A stretch of DNA of 64,000 bases from an uncultured Candidatus Saccharibacteria bacterium (GTDB lineage: Bacteria; Patescibacteriota; Minisyncoccia; Phycocordibacterales; DSPV01). The translations under genes and the position numbers were made by a program. Below the pieces are notes generated by a model. That model searched no databases, had not been told where the DNA came from, and saw nothing but the letters and a program-made list of their open reading frames with translations. Shown here piece after piece: positions 28,936-38,713 of this stretch (within the stretch, counting starts at the first letter, position 1; every line of letters begins with the position of its first letter). The stretch covers positions 26,075-90,074 of the forward strand of contig CAZTRA010000003.1 of the NCBI GenBank assembly GCA_964616075.1, in the 5' to 3' direction.

Positions 28936-30132
28936 ATGATTGATCTTAAAGTACTCAATACTGTTCTTGACCAAATGCAAGAAGAACGAGGTATTCCCAA
29001 AGAACGCCTCCTAGAAGCTATTGAAGCATCAATGGCAACGGCTTATAAGAAAGAGTATGGAAAAAAAGGCCAAATTGTCCGTGCTCACTTTGATCTAGCT
29101 ACCGGAGCTACTGAATTTTATCAAGTCAAAATCGTCGTCGACGAGACGCGTGTTATCCCTGAAACAGTAGAGGAAGCGGCTCAACGAGGCCCTACAGAAG
29201 GAGAGATTGATACACGTGTACATTTCAACCCAGAACATCATATTATACTTGCTGACGCAAAACGTATTAAAAAAGACGCGAAACTAGATGACGAGATTGT
29301 GTTTCCTCTTGAAACAAAAGATGACTTTGGCCGGATCGCGGCACAAACTGCAAAACAAGTAATTATCCAAAAAATACGGGAAGCTGAAAAATCAGCCGTA
29401 TTTGCTGAATTTGGCCAACGAGAAGGAGAAATCATAACTGGAACCATCCAACGAAGTGAGCGTGGAGCACTATTTGTTGATTTAGGAAGAACCGTCGCCA
29501 TCTTGCCCTATGAAGAACAAATACCTGGTGAACGCTACAAACAAGGAGAACGCATTCGAGCATACCTCTACAAAGTTGAAGAAACTTCTAAAGGAGTATT
29601 TATTCGCCTCTCTCGTTCACACCCTCGATTTCTAGAAAAACTATTTGCGCTGGAATCACCAGAGATTGCCAACGGGTCTGTTGAAATAAAAGCGATCGCA
29701 CGCGAGCCGGGAAGTCGCTCAAAAGTTGCAGTCGTGTCACACGATGACCATATTGACCCTATTGGATCAATGGTTGGGCAGCGTGGTGTTCGTGTTGGAA
29801 CCGTAATGAGCGAGTTAGGTGGAGAAAAGATAGACATCATTGAATGGTCAAACAATACGAAACAATTTATTGAAGACGCCCTTTCTCCAGCAAAAATAAA
29901 TTCCGTCGAAATCAATCAGGACACTAATACTGCGACAGTTACCGTTTCAGAAGATCAACAATCATTAGCTATTGGTAAAGGTGGACAAAATGTCCGCCTT
30001 GCCGCAAAACTAACGGGTTGGCGCATTGATATTGTATCTACAGGTGGAAATAAAGAATCTGAAGAATCTGTTTCCTCGCAACAAATCAACACACAACCTG
30101 AAAAACAAAAAGAATCGGAAGTAACTCAATAA
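28936..30132 (+). CDS. nusA: Transcription termination/antitermination factor NusA (ORF track start 28849)
   Basis: FGRIAAQTAKQVI.QKIREAE, AREPGSRSK, AIGKGGQNVRLAAKLTGW. Confidence 0.98.
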   Translation: MIDLKVLNTVLDQMQEERGIPKERLLEAIEASMATAYKKEYGKKGQIVRAHFDLATGATEFYQVKIVVDETRVIPETVEEAAQRGPTEGEIDTRVHFNPEHHIILADAKRIKKDAKLDDEIVFPLETKDDFGRIAAQTAKQVIIQKIREAEKSAVFAEFGQREGEIITGTIQRSERGALFVDLGRTVAILPYEEQIPGERYKQGERIRAYLYKVEETSKGVFIRLSRSHPRFLEKLFALESPEIANGSVEIKAIAREPGSRSKVAVVSHDDHIDPIGSMVGQRGVRVGTVMSELGGEKIDIIEWSNNTKQFIEDALSPAKINSVEINQDTNTATVTVSEDQQSLAIGKGGQNVRLAAKLTGWRIDIVSTGGNKESEESVSSQQINTQPEKQKESEVTQ

Positions 30133-30152
30133 CATTAATAATAAAAAATACT

Positions 30153-30689
30153 ATGAATCTTTGGCACGACATTGATCCAGGAAACAAAGGCGAAATGACA
30201 ACAATTGTTGAAATACAAAAAGGATCAAAAAATAAATACGAGGTGGACAAAAAGACCGGCCTTCTCTCTCTTGACCGCGTAGCTCACACCGCACAAGACT
30301 TTCCTTTCGATTATGGTTTTATCCCCCAAACATTATGGGATGATAATGATCCAATTGACGTAGTTATGCTTACAACCTATCCTCTCTTGCCGGGCATATT
30401 AGTGTCTGTTCGCCCTATTGCCATTATGAATGTCATTGACAGCGGAGATGCCGATGACAAAATTATTGCAGTACCAGTATCAGATCCACGCTGGAACGAT
30501 ACCAAAGATTTAAAGGACATTAACCCACACACCCTCAAAGAAATCGAGCATTTTTACTCCACCTACAAAAAACTCCAAAACAAAGAAGTTTCTGTAAAAG
30601 GATTTAAGGGTAGAATAGATGCTGAAAAAGCATTTGAGCGCGGTATAATCCTATATCAAAAGAAATTTGGCGCAAAGAAACAAAAATAA
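30153..30689 (+). CDS. ppa: Inorganic pyrophosphatase (family I)
   Basis: KYE.DK, YGFIPQT..DD.DP.D, D.GDADDKI. Confidence 0.96.
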   Translation: MNLWHDIDPGNKGEMTTIVEIQKGSKNKYEVDKKTGLLSLDRVAHTAQDFPFDYGFIPQTLWDDNDPIDVVMLTTYPLLPGILVSVRPIAIMNVIDSGDADDKIIAVPVSDPRWNDTKDLKDINPHTLKEIEHFYSTYKKLQNKEVSVKGFKGRIDAEKAFERGIILYQKKFGAKKQK

Positions 30690-30704
30690 AAAGACTGCCA
30701 CACC

Positions 30705-30748
30705 AACACAATACACACCTTCTTGAAAAAGAAGGTGTGTATTGTGTT
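30705..30748 (+). terminator. Hairpin after ppa
   Basis: AACACAATACACACCTTCTT-GAA-AAAGAAGGTGTGTATTGTGTT. Confidence 0.65.
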
Positions 30749-30813
30749 GGTGAAGTAGTATACTATCAATGAAGTCTGTGAAAGTATTTTTTATTACGTT
30801 TATAATATAGAAA

Positions 30814-31689
30814 ATGAACATATTGAAGTACATATTAATTAGTTTCTGTCTTTTTGTGACGCCGAGTATTGTGGTACACGCAGAAGAATCTACACAACTC
30901 CCTGCAACCGAAACCCCTGGCAGTTACACAAAGCCAGTTGCTCCTAACACCCCGCCACCAACACGGCCAGTCAAACCAGAGCAAAACGTTCGCCATCCAG
31001 AATATTATCCAACAAAGAATCCTGAAATGACTCAGATTCGAGAAGATAGAGAAGGTATAAAAGATGACCGAAAAGAAGCAGTAAAAAAAGAGCGTACTGA
31101 TATCCGTTCAGATATAAAAGATATCAGGACAGGTGTTAAGAGTGGCTCAACAACAAGACCAGAAGCTGTTGAATTGAAAAAACAGCGTGTACAGGAAGGT
31201 CGTGAGACAATCGAAAAAACGAGAGAGGATGCTCGTGCCCAATTAGAAGAAAAACGAGCTGCATTAAAGGAAGAAATCGAAAAAAACAGAGAGGGTCATC
31301 TCAAAAAGACTATTGAAATAATGCTAAAAAGATACAACGCAGCATACGAACGACTCCTTCAAATTCAAAACAGAGTTACTGAACATATAGCAAAAGTTGA
31401 AGCAAATGGACAATCAGTAACAACAGCAAAAACAGAATTAGAGAAAGCAAAAATAATACTCGCCACTGTTCCCGCTACAATCGCCTCATTCAAAGCAACA
31501 CTTGAAGCAGCAGCGGCCGCCCCAGAAGATATTTCAAAAAAAGAAGTAATTAAAACACAAAGTGAAGCTGTGAAAAAGGCTCTGAAAGAGGCTCACGAGG
31601 CATTAATAAAAGCAGTTATCGCTCTTAAACCTGGAAAACCAGAACGTCCAGCGGCAACAACAACCCCAGGCAACTCAATAACAAACTAA
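30814..31689 (+). CDS. Hypothetical secreted coiled-coil protein
   Basis: Signal peptide VHA|E, Pro-rich linker, long E/K/R-rich helices. Confidence 0.85.
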   Translation: MNILKYILISFCLFVTPSIVVHAEESTQLPATETPGSYTKPVAPNTPPPTRPVKPEQNVRHPEYYPTKNPEMTQIREDREGIKDDRKEAVKKERTDIRSDIKDIRTGVKSGSTTRPEAVELKKQRVQEGRETIEKTREDARAQLEEKRAALKEEIEKNREGHLKKTIEIMLKRYNAAYERLLQIQNRVTEHIAKVEANGQSVTTAKTELEKAKIILATVPATIASFKATLEAAAAAPEDISKKEVIKTQSEAVKKALKEAHEALIKAVIALKPGKPERPAATTTPGNSITN

Positions 31690-31723
31690 CCAGTCACCAC
31701 TAGTCACTTATAGCTTTAAAAAA

Positions 31724-32095
31724 ATGGATCAAACAACATCGGGTGGTATAACGCCCCCACCAATACAACAACCATCATCTTCTGTGCCACCTCAACCGAC
31801 GACGGAAGTACACATCAATGAAACAAAACAATCTTCACTCGGACCAGTCATCGGTATTGTGATTGTTATCATTCTTCTCATTGCAGGCGCTTTGTATGCG
31901 TGGAAATCAATGCCACAAAATACTATTCCATCCGAAATAATAGCGACACAACAACAAACAGACCCTCAAACAGAAAAACTCATGGAAGTAACGACCTCAA
32001 CTGACCCAAAAGACATTGAAGCGGATCTTATGAACACAAACATTGAAAATCTTGACGTAGACCTTGGTGCTCTTTTAATTGAAGCCGTGCAGTAA
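31724..32095 (+). CDS. Hypothetical single-pass membrane protein
   Basis: GPVIGIVIVIILLIAGALYAW TM; C-terminal S.D..DIEADL..T.I.NLD. Confidence 0.85.
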   Translation: MDQTTSGGITPPPIQQPSSSVPPQPTTEVHINETKQSSLGPVIGIVIVIILLIAGALYAWKSMPQNTIPSEIIATQQQTDPQTEKLMEVTTSTDPKDIEADLMNTNIENLDVDLGALLIEAVQ

Positions 32096-32117
32096 GTATT
32101 CCTCTTTGTTATTCCAT

Positions 32118-32150
32118 CAAAATCACCCCGCACACCGCGGGGTGATTTTG
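32118..32150 (+). terminator. Terminator
   Basis: CAAAATCACCCCGC-ACACC-GCGGGGTGATTTTG. Confidence 0.75.
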
Positions 32151-32197
32151 CGTATTTCTTGAAGATGGCTATACTGTGTTCTCATCACACTATCGCC

Positions 32198-33274
32198 ATG
32201 AACACAGCCAAAACAACACCAAAAGAGAAACGTTTTTCTCTCAAAAAAGAAAATAGGGTGGGTTCTATTATCGCACTTAGTGGCACACTCCCTACTGAAG
32301 CAATTGATGCTGAAAACGAACGGGCTCTCAAAAATATAGGAATAGAATTGTCTCTGCCAGGTTTTCGTAAAGGGCATATTCCTGCTCATATTCTTAAAAA
32401 ACACATCGGTGAACTTGCTCTATTTGAAGAAGCGGCGAGTCTTGCTATTGAAAAAATAGTCCCCGATATTATTGCAGAGGAAGCATTACCTCTTATCGCT
32501 CCCCCGAGAGTACGCATCACAAAATTAGTACCACACACGGCCGTCGAATATACAATCGAGGTACCCGTATTGCCTGAAGTGACATTGCCTGACTATAAAA
32601 AATTAGCAAAAAAAATATATACTGCCAAAAAAGATCCAATTGAAATAACCTCCCAAGAACTACAAGATGCGCTATTAAACGTACAAAAAACAGTCGCTCG
32701 ATGGAAAACACAAGAAAAAAAGAGTGATCAATCCGCATCAAACGATGCACCGCTAGCCCCACTTAGTGACGATGATGTAAAAAAAATAGGAGATTATAAA
32801 GATATCGCTGATTTTACGGAAAAACTAAAGCAATCACTTAAAGAAGACAAGGAAATAAAAGCGAGAGATAAACAACGCAATGAAATTGCCGAAGCGATCA
32901 TACAAGGCACAACAACCGACGTTCCCGAAGTACTCATCGAGGACGAACAAGAGCGCATGTTACAGCGATTTCGCCATGATATAGAACATATGGGTATGCA
33001 ATTTGATACCTACTTATCTCAAATAAAAAAAACTGCCAAAGAAATAAAGCTGGAGATGCGAGACAGCGCTGTAAAACGCGCCACTCTTGAACTAGCATTT
33101 GCCAAAATTGCCCAAGAACAAATGTTAGAAGTTCCAAAAGACAAACTAGAAGAAGAAATAAAGCGCTATCGCGCATCAGCACCAGACGTTGATGAACATC
33201 GTGTTCGAGATTACCTGCACCACGTCATGAAAAACGAGGCCGTGTTTGTTTTTCTTGAATCTCATCACACCTAA
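32198..33274 (+). CDS. tig: Trigger factor, apparently lacking the FKBP domain (ORF track start 32159)
   Basis: Ribosome-binding LPGFRKGHIP, PEVTLPDYK, C-terminal chaperone helices. Confidence 0.9.
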   Translation: MNTAKTTPKEKRFSLKKENRVGSIIALSGTLPTEAIDAENERALKNIGIELSLPGFRKGHIPAHILKKHIGELALFEEAASLAIEKIVPDIIAEEALPLIAPPRVRITKLVPHTAVEYTIEVPVLPEVTLPDYKKLAKKIYTAKKDPIEITSQELQDALLNVQKTVARWKTQEKKSDQSASNDAPLAPLSDDDVKKIGDYKDIADFTEKLKQSLKEDKEIKARDKQRNEIAEAIIQGTTTDVPEVLIEDEQERMLQRFRHDIEHMGMQFDTYLSQIKKTAKEIKLEMRDSAVKRATLELAFAKIAQEQMLEVPKDKLEEEIKRYRASAPDVDEHRVRDYLHHVMKNEAVFVFLESHHT

Positions 33275-33969
33275 AGAAGTAGTAGCGTTGCCGCAGCGAT
33301 TGCTGCGGTTTCAGCACGAAGCGTTCGAGAACCAATTGTATACATAGGAATTGCCAGCTCTTTAAAAAGAGCGCGCTCATGGTCTGCCCAGCCACCCTCA
33401 GGCCCCACAAGCACATACAACTGTTCTTTATATGTTGCCCGAATATCTGCCACAGGGAGCGCAGGAGCGTCTTCATCAAGTACAATAACGTGCTTTTTTT
33501 GTAAAATATCCGCCACAGTACACACCTCAGTAACAATAGGAATGGTACCTCGCCCACACTGTTCGGCCGCCTCACGGGCAATCACAGAAAGCCGCTCAAG
33601 ATTGAGACCTTTCTTCTCACTTCGTTGAGAATAAATAGGAATACACCCAGAGGCACCAAGTTCAGTTACTTTTTGTACTACCCATTCAAACTTATCTTTT
33701 TTAATGATTGACGAACACATATACAACACGCAAGGAGCTTGATCTGCACCCATAAAAGAACGAAAAACGTGCACGTTCGCCTTTTGACGACTCAAAAATT
33801 CAATACGCCCTTCGTATAAAATCCCGTCACCAGAACCAACCACCACAATATCTCCTTGAGAAAGACGAAATACACGACCCCACTGGTGAAGTATTGCGGC
33901 GTGCTCAATATGCACTATGTCACCGACCATAATCTGAAGTCCTGGTATGAGAAAATGTTGTAACTTCAT
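33271..33969 (-). CDS. rsmE: 16S rRNA m3U1498 methyltransferase
   Basis: QKVTELG, EAAEQCGR, VGPEGGW, LRAETA. Confidence 0.96.
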   Translation of the reverse strand: MKLQHFLIPGLQIMVGDIVHIEHAAILHQWGRVFRLSQGDIVVVGSGDGILYEGRIEFLSRQKANVHVFRSFMGADQAPCVLYMCSSIIKKDKFEWVVQKVTELGASGCIPIYSQRSEKKGLNLERLSVIAREAAEQCGRGTIPIVTEVCTVADILQKKHVIVLDEDAPALPVADIRATYKEQLYVLVGPEGGWADHERALFKELAIPMYTIGSRTLRAETAAIAAATLLLL

Positions 33970-34080
33970 GATGTCATCCTAGCGTATAAATAAAAAAATT
34001 AAAACATCACCTAAAAATAAAATTGTCAATAAATAAACTTTCTGATATACTCTGCCCGTCTCTTTATCGAATTATTCTTC

Positions 34081-34665
34081 ATGTCTATGTCAATTCTCAT
34101 TCCTACCGTTATTGAAAAATCGCAATTTGGCGAACGAGCCTACGATATCTACTCACGACTTCTCAAAGAAAATATCATTTTTCTTGGTGGACCGATCGAT
34201 GACACGATCGCAAATCTTGTGATCGCTCAATTACTTTTTTTACAATCTGAAGATCCAAAAAAAGATATCTCTCTGTACATCAATTCACCTGGCGGTTCAG
34301 TTACCTCAACACTTGCAATTGTTGATACAATGCACCATGTAAAAAATGATGTTTCGACAGTCTGTGTTGGCATCGCCGCCTCCGGCGCAGCTATAGTACT
34401 CTCCTCTGGCAAAAAGGGAAAACGATTTATTCTGCCAAACGCTGAAGTTATGATCCATCAACCTCTTGGTGGCGCAGAAGGACAAGCGACCGATATTGCC
34501 ATTACCGCAAAACACATACTGAAAACCAAAGAAAACCTTAACCGTATGCTTGCAGAAAACACAGGTCGTCCGCTTAATCAGATAGAAAAAGATGTTGAAC
34601 GAGACTTTTTTATGTCAGCAGACGAAGCAAAAAAATACGGTATCGTTGACGCAATATTGAAATAA
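34081..34665 (+). CDS. clpP: ATP-dependent Clp protease proteolytic subunit
   Basis: [32 protein letters not shown]. Confidence 0.98.
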   Translation: MSMSILIPTVIEKSQFGERAYDIYSRLLKENIIFLGGPIDDTIANLVIAQLLFLQSEDPKKDISLYINSPGGSVTSTLAIVDTMHHVKNDVSTVCVGIAASGAAIVLSSGKKGKRFILPNAEVMIHQPLGGAEGQATDIAITAKHILKTKENLNRMLAENTGRPLNQIEKDVERDFFMSADEAKKYGIVDAILK

Positions 34666-34695
34666 AAAATCTGTACACTCCTGTGCAGGTTTTTT
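34666..34695 (+). terminator. Terminator after clpP
   Basis: AAAATCTGTACA-CTCC-TGTGCAGGTTTTTT. Confidence 0.65.
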
Positions 34696-34743
34696 GCTAT
34701 ACGATAACAGGCCATAATATATACACAAAAATCAAGACCTACG

Positions 34744-34772
34744 TGGACAAATCAATTTCAGTCTTGTACGAT
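34744..34772 (+). promoter_or_regulatory. Putative sigma70 promoter upstream of rny leader
   Basis: TGGACA-17 nt-TACGAT. Confidence 0.55.
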
Positions 34773-34928
34773 AAGCGTGTTACCCATTTAGTACGGACGG
34801 AGTATTTCCTAACTCGCCTGCCACCTAACACTACCTTTCCTTATCTTATGGTTCCCTTGTTCAGTAAAAAACACAAGAGACCCGCTAGAACGGCCGGAAC
34901 GGAAAAGCTCCGCTGAAAAATTAATACC

Positions 34929-36458
34929 ATGTCCTTAAAATTAGCACTGACTCTTGCCAGTGCGGCGCTCTTTGCGGGTGCAGGACTCGGCTACTATATT
35001 CGCTGGCTCATCGGTCTTTCAAAAAAAGGATCAATTGAACTTGAAATAAAGCAGCTCCTCCTGGATGCCAAAGAAGAAGCAAAACGAATCATTGAAGAAG
35101 GTAAAGAAGACGCGGAAACAAAACAAAAACAAATTCGTGCCGAACAAAAAGAAAAAGAGATCGAACTAAAAAAGACAGAAGAACGTCTTGTTAAAAAAGA
35201 AGAATTACTCGATAAACGACAAGGAGATATCGACACCGAAGTCGAAGAACTGAAAGAAAAAGCAGTCGAAATAAAAAAAATCAAAGAGCGTGTAGACACC
35301 ATGGAGAAAGAAAAAATCTCTGAACTTGAACGTGTTTCACGCCTCTCGAGCGAAGAAGCCAAACAAGAGCTCATAAAAGATGTTGAAAAGAGGTACGAAG
35401 AAGACCTCTTGGTTCGTCTTAATAAATTAGAGACAGCTAACAGTGAAAAAATTGAACGTCGTGCTCAAGAAATTATCACTACTGCAATACAACGATACGG
35501 AAACTCGGTTGCTGCGGACGTCCTCTCAACAGCGGTTACTATCCCAAATGATGAACTTAAAGGAAAAATTATTGGTAAAGAAGGTAGAAATATTAAAGCG
35601 TTTGAGCGTGTAACTGGTGTTGAAGTTATTGTTGACGATACACCTGGGTCAATCATTATTTCATCATTCGATCCCGTACGAAGACAAGTGGCGCGTGTTG
35701 CCCTAGAAAATCTTATCCTTGATGGCCGTATCCAGCCAGTAAAAATCGAAAAAACGGTTGAAAAAGCTCAGGAAGAGATTAACAAGATTATTAAAGATAA
35801 AGGTCAACAGGCCGCCTACGAAATTGGCGCCTACAACCTTGACCCTCGTGTACTCGCTATTTTAGGGCGCCTACACTTCCGTACGAGTTATGGCCAAAAT
35901 GTCCTACAGCACAGCGTTGAAATGGCACATATCGCCGGCATGATCGCTGAAGAACTTGGCGCTAATATAATGGTGGCAAAAATTGGCGCCCTAGTACACG
36001 ATATCGGAAAAGCTGTTGACCATGAAGTACAAGGAACACACGTCGAAATAGGTCGCCGTATCCTCCAAAAATTTGGTGTGTCAGAGGACATTATAAAAGC
36101 AATGCAGGCACACCACGAAGAGTATCCGTACGAAACGATTGAATCAATCATTGTACAAGTAGCTGATGCTATTTCAGGAAGTCGACCAGGCGCACGGCGA
36201 GATTCTGTTGAGAACTACCTCAAACGTCTCGCTGATCTTGAGGCAATCGCCACATCATTTACTGGTATCGACAAAGCCTATGCCATTCAGGCCGGCAGAG
36301 AAATTCGAATATTTGTTAAACCTGAAGAAATATCTGATTTACAAGCAAAAGAACTTGCTCGAAATATTGCCCTACGTATTGAAAATGAATTGAAATACCC
36401 TGGGGAAATCAAGGTCGCAGTTATTCGGGAGAGTCGTGTAATAGACTTCGCTCGATAA
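34929..36458 (+). CDS. rny: Ribonuclease Y
   Basis: N-terminal TM, coiled coil, KH (KGKIIGKEGRNI), HD (HDIGKA), RPGARR. Confidence 0.98.
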   Translation: MSLKLALTLASAALFAGAGLGYYIRWLIGLSKKGSIELEIKQLLLDAKEEAKRIIEEGKEDAETKQKQIRAEQKEKEIELKKTEERLVKKEELLDKRQGDIDTEVEELKEKAVEIKKIKERVDTMEKEKISELERVSRLSSEEAKQELIKDVEKRYEEDLLVRLNKLETANSEKIERRAQEIITTAIQRYGNSVAADVLSTAVTIPNDELKGKIIGKEGRNIKAFERVTGVEVIVDDTPGSIIISSFDPVRRQVARVALENLILDGRIQPVKIEKTVEKAQEEINKIIKDKGQQAAYEIGAYNLDPRVLAILGRLHFRTSYGQNVLQHSVEMAHIAGMIAEELGANIMVAKIGALVHDIGKAVDHEVQGTHVEIGRRILQKFGVSEDIIKAMQAHHEEYPYETIESIIVQVADAISGSRPGARRDSVENYLKRLADLEAIATSFTGIDKAYAIQAGREIRIFVKPEEISDLQAKELARNIALRIENELKYPGEIKVAVIRESRVIDFAR

Positions 36459-36471
36459 AAATAAATTAATT

Positions 36472-36516
36472 AAGAAAGCGCGGTTGTGTACAACAAAACA
36501 ACCGCGCTTTCTTTTT
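36472..36516 (+). terminator. Terminator after rny
   Basis: AAGAAAGCGCGGTTG...CAACCGCGCTTTCTTTTT. Confidence 0.8.
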
Positions 36517-36534
36517 ATGGCTTTATAAAGCCAT
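36517..36534. promoter_or_regulatory. Perfect 18-bp palindrome, putative protein-binding site
   Basis: ATGGCTTTATAAAGCCAT; same TGGCTT-N4-AAGCCA core recurs at 52311-52332. Confidence 0.5.
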
Positions 36535-36756
36535 GACTATAAAAAATAGTGGTTACTTATAAAAACAAAATGAAATACTATTTCATATTTTTGTAAATAG
36601 ATATGTTTATGATTTGACATATATCAATCATATCATTATAGTTTTGGCCTTATTGCGCGAAAAAACAAAAAAGCGGTATAATTCACAGAACGGATTTTCT
36701 CGATGGAGAACCGAGGGAACCGGTGGATAGTTTATTATTAACGTCGTTATATTACG

Positions 36757-37029
36757 ATGAACAAGCAAGCTATCATCGATGCGGTACACGCCGTTCTCGG
36801 TGGAACCAAGGTTCAAGCAGAACAGGCGGTCGAAACAGTTATTAACTCAGTTGTTGACGCCCTTAAGAAAGGTGACGAAGTTTCAATTGCCGGTCTTGGT
36901 ATTTTTTCAGTAAAAACCCGCGCAGCACGTCAAGCTCGTAACCCACGCACTGGTGAAACTTTGACCGTACCTGCAATGAAGGTACCAAAGTTCCGTGCAG
37001 CAAAGGCACTTAAAGACGCGGTTAAATAA
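36757..37029 (+). CDS. hup: DNA-binding protein HU
   Basis: MNKQ..I, GLGIF, RQARNPRTGE, PKFRAAKALKDAV. Confidence 0.97.
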   Translation: MNKQAIIDAVHAVLGGTKVQAEQAVETVINSVVDALKKGDEVSIAGLGIFSVKTRAARQARNPRTGETLTVPAMKVPKFRAAKALKDAVK

Positions 37030-37050
37030 CGCATCTTTTCTTTCCGAAAC

Positions 37051-37080
37051 ACAAAAACCGCCGTAGCTGGCGGTTTTTGT
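37051..37080 (+). terminator. Terminator after HU
   Basis: ACAAAAACCGCC-GTAGCT-GGCGGTTTTTGT. Confidence 0.8.
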
Positions 37081-37123
37081 CTGTGGCGGCAAATTCTTTT
37101 ATGAAAATTCAAATACAAAATCT

Positions 37124-37170
37124 AAGAAAAGAAACGGGCTCCTGGCAGACTTGCGTCCACAAGGAGCCCG
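37124..37170 (-). terminator. Terminator downstream of tRNA-Gly region
   Basis: CGGGCTCC...GGAGCCCG followed by TTTCTTTTCTT on minus strand. Confidence 0.7.
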
Positions 37171-37187
37171 GATTCGACACACGCAAC

Positions 37188-37310
37188 TTAGCCTTGATAG
37201 GCTTCGCGAAGAATACGATCAAGGAACTACACTTTCTTGAGCATGTTTCGCGCGAGGTCGCGCCGGTAGCTGAGGTACGTCGCCGAGCGAAGCGAGGCCT
37301 TGACTTTTAA
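37188..37310 (-). pseudogene. Possible foreign gene remnant at tRNA-Gly 3' end
   Basis: GC-rich frame KVKASLRSATYLSYRRDLARNMLKKV*FLDRILREAYQG* with internal TAG and no upstream start. Confidence 0.3.
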
Positions 37311-37312
37311 CT

Positions 37313-37387
37313 TGGTGCGGGCGGCGGGAGTCGAACCCGCGTCTGCTGCTTGGAAGGCAGCCATAATAGCCGTTATACGACGCCCGC
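37313..37387 (-). tRNA. tRNA-Gly(TCC)
   Basis: GCGGGCG acceptor, GCTGC-CTTCCAA-GCAGC anticodon arm, GTTCGACTC T-loop, encoded CCA. Confidence 0.97.
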
Positions 37388-37540
37388 AAGCGTGTACGTC
37401 CACACATCCTACAGGAAAAATTAAAATAAGAAAATCTAAACAAGACATGGATAACACAAAAACACTCTCAATCTTGTTCTTGTATGTATTGAGACATATA
37501 CAATTTTCCCACATTACCCCAATAAAAAGATTGTGCTACC

Positions 37541-38713
37541 ATGCGCTCACCTGTGATACTACGCACACTCATCATCACACTCACCATAGCACTGGCAAGT
37601 ACTAGTGTATTATTGACCATTCCAAAAAAAGCAATTACCCCATCGACACCACAACACAATCAAACCTACAAAGAAAAACGTACCGTGAGCACGACAACAG
37701 ATACACCACCGTTCTCTAAAACAGCTCCAACTACATCAACACAACAAACGGCCACCCCAACAAACAAACTGCCACAAACGCAATCACCCGTACAAAAAAC
37801 TCCAACTTCGCCCATCCAAACAACAATACCCCCTGCCCCAAAAATACCAACCGCCCATCCCACAACCACAACACCGGCCAAACAAACCAATAAACTAGTT
37901 CGCTCTGCGGTGGTAAATATTCTCTGTAGTGCAACCAACCAAACACTCAAATCGTTATCTGGTTCAGGTGTTATTATCGACCCTTCCGGAATTATCTTGA
38001 CAAACGCACATATTGCGCAATACTTTCTTCTTACCGATTACCCAACCACAAATGCCATCTCCTGTTCAATTCGTACCGGATCACCCGCATACCCACGATT
38101 CAAAGCCGAATTACTCTACCTTTCTCCTTCGTGGATCACGAAAAATGCGGCACTCATCACGCAACAAAACCCAACCGGTACCGGTGAATTTGACTTTGCT
38201 TTACTAAGAATAACCGGAGCAATCGACAACACTCCCCTTCCACTGTTTCCATTCCTGACCCCCCACACAGAGACAGCAGTGGGCGAAACGATATTTATTG
38301 CTGGATATCCTGCAAGCTTCCTCGGATCAATCGGAGTTGAACGTGATCTATATCTTCTCTCAGCACAATCAACAATTTCTGAAATCTTCACCTTTGGGGA
38401 GCAAAATACAATCGACCTCATCTCCGTTGGCGGCACAGTCCTTTCGCAACGAGGCGCCTCAGGCGGAGCGGTTGCCAATCAAAACGGCAACTTGATAGGT
38501 ATTGTGGTCACCACAACCGAAGGTACATCTACAAACGAACGAGACTTACGAGCAATAACCATAAAACACGTTGACCAAACGCTCACCGCAGAAACCGGCA
38601 CGGGACTCAAAAAATTGTTGAGTTTTGATCTTATCGGTACCGCAAAAAATTTCAATGAATCAATTGCACCGCTTTTGCGTTCGATACTCATAAAAGAAAT
38701 TGAGCACCATTAA
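37541..38713 (+). CDS. Membrane-anchored trypsin-like (S1) serine protease with Thr/Pro stalk
   Basis: GSGVII, LTNAHI, DFALL, GASGG catalytic motifs; TM plus T/P-rich linker. Confidence 0.9.
   Translation: MRSPVILRTLIITLTIALASTSVLLTIPKKAITPSTPQHNQTYKEKRTVSTTTDTPPFSKTAPTTSTQQTATPTNKLPQTQSPVQKTPTSPIQTTIPPAPKIPTAHPTTTTPAKQTNKLVRSAVVNILCSATNQTLKSLSGSGVIIDPSGIILTNAHIAQYFLLTDYPTTNAISCSIRTGSPAYPRFKAELLYLSPSWITKNAALITQQNPTGTGEFDFALLRITGAIDNTPLPLFPFLTPHTETAVGETIFIAGYPASFLGSIGVERDLYLLSAQSTISEIFTFGEQNTIDLISVGGTVLSQRGASGGAVANQNGNLIGIVVTTTEGTSTNERDLRAITIKHVDQTLTAETGTGLKKLLSFDLIGTAKNFNESIAPLLRSILIKEIEHH

Noticed and set aside
37160-37200. GGATTCGAC resembling a tmRNA 5' end
   Set aside because: No GGGG acceptor start, tag ORF or tRNA-like 3' end; overlaps a terminator hairpin
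37219-37659. Short ORFs overlapping tRNA-Gly
   Set aside because: They overlap a canonical tRNA or the protease gene; the same applies to ORF 40756..40974 over two tRNAs
37660-37900. Extreme C/A-rich low-complexity stretch
   Set aside because: Explained by the Thr/Pro/Gln stalk of the protease plus strand bias; no tandem unit
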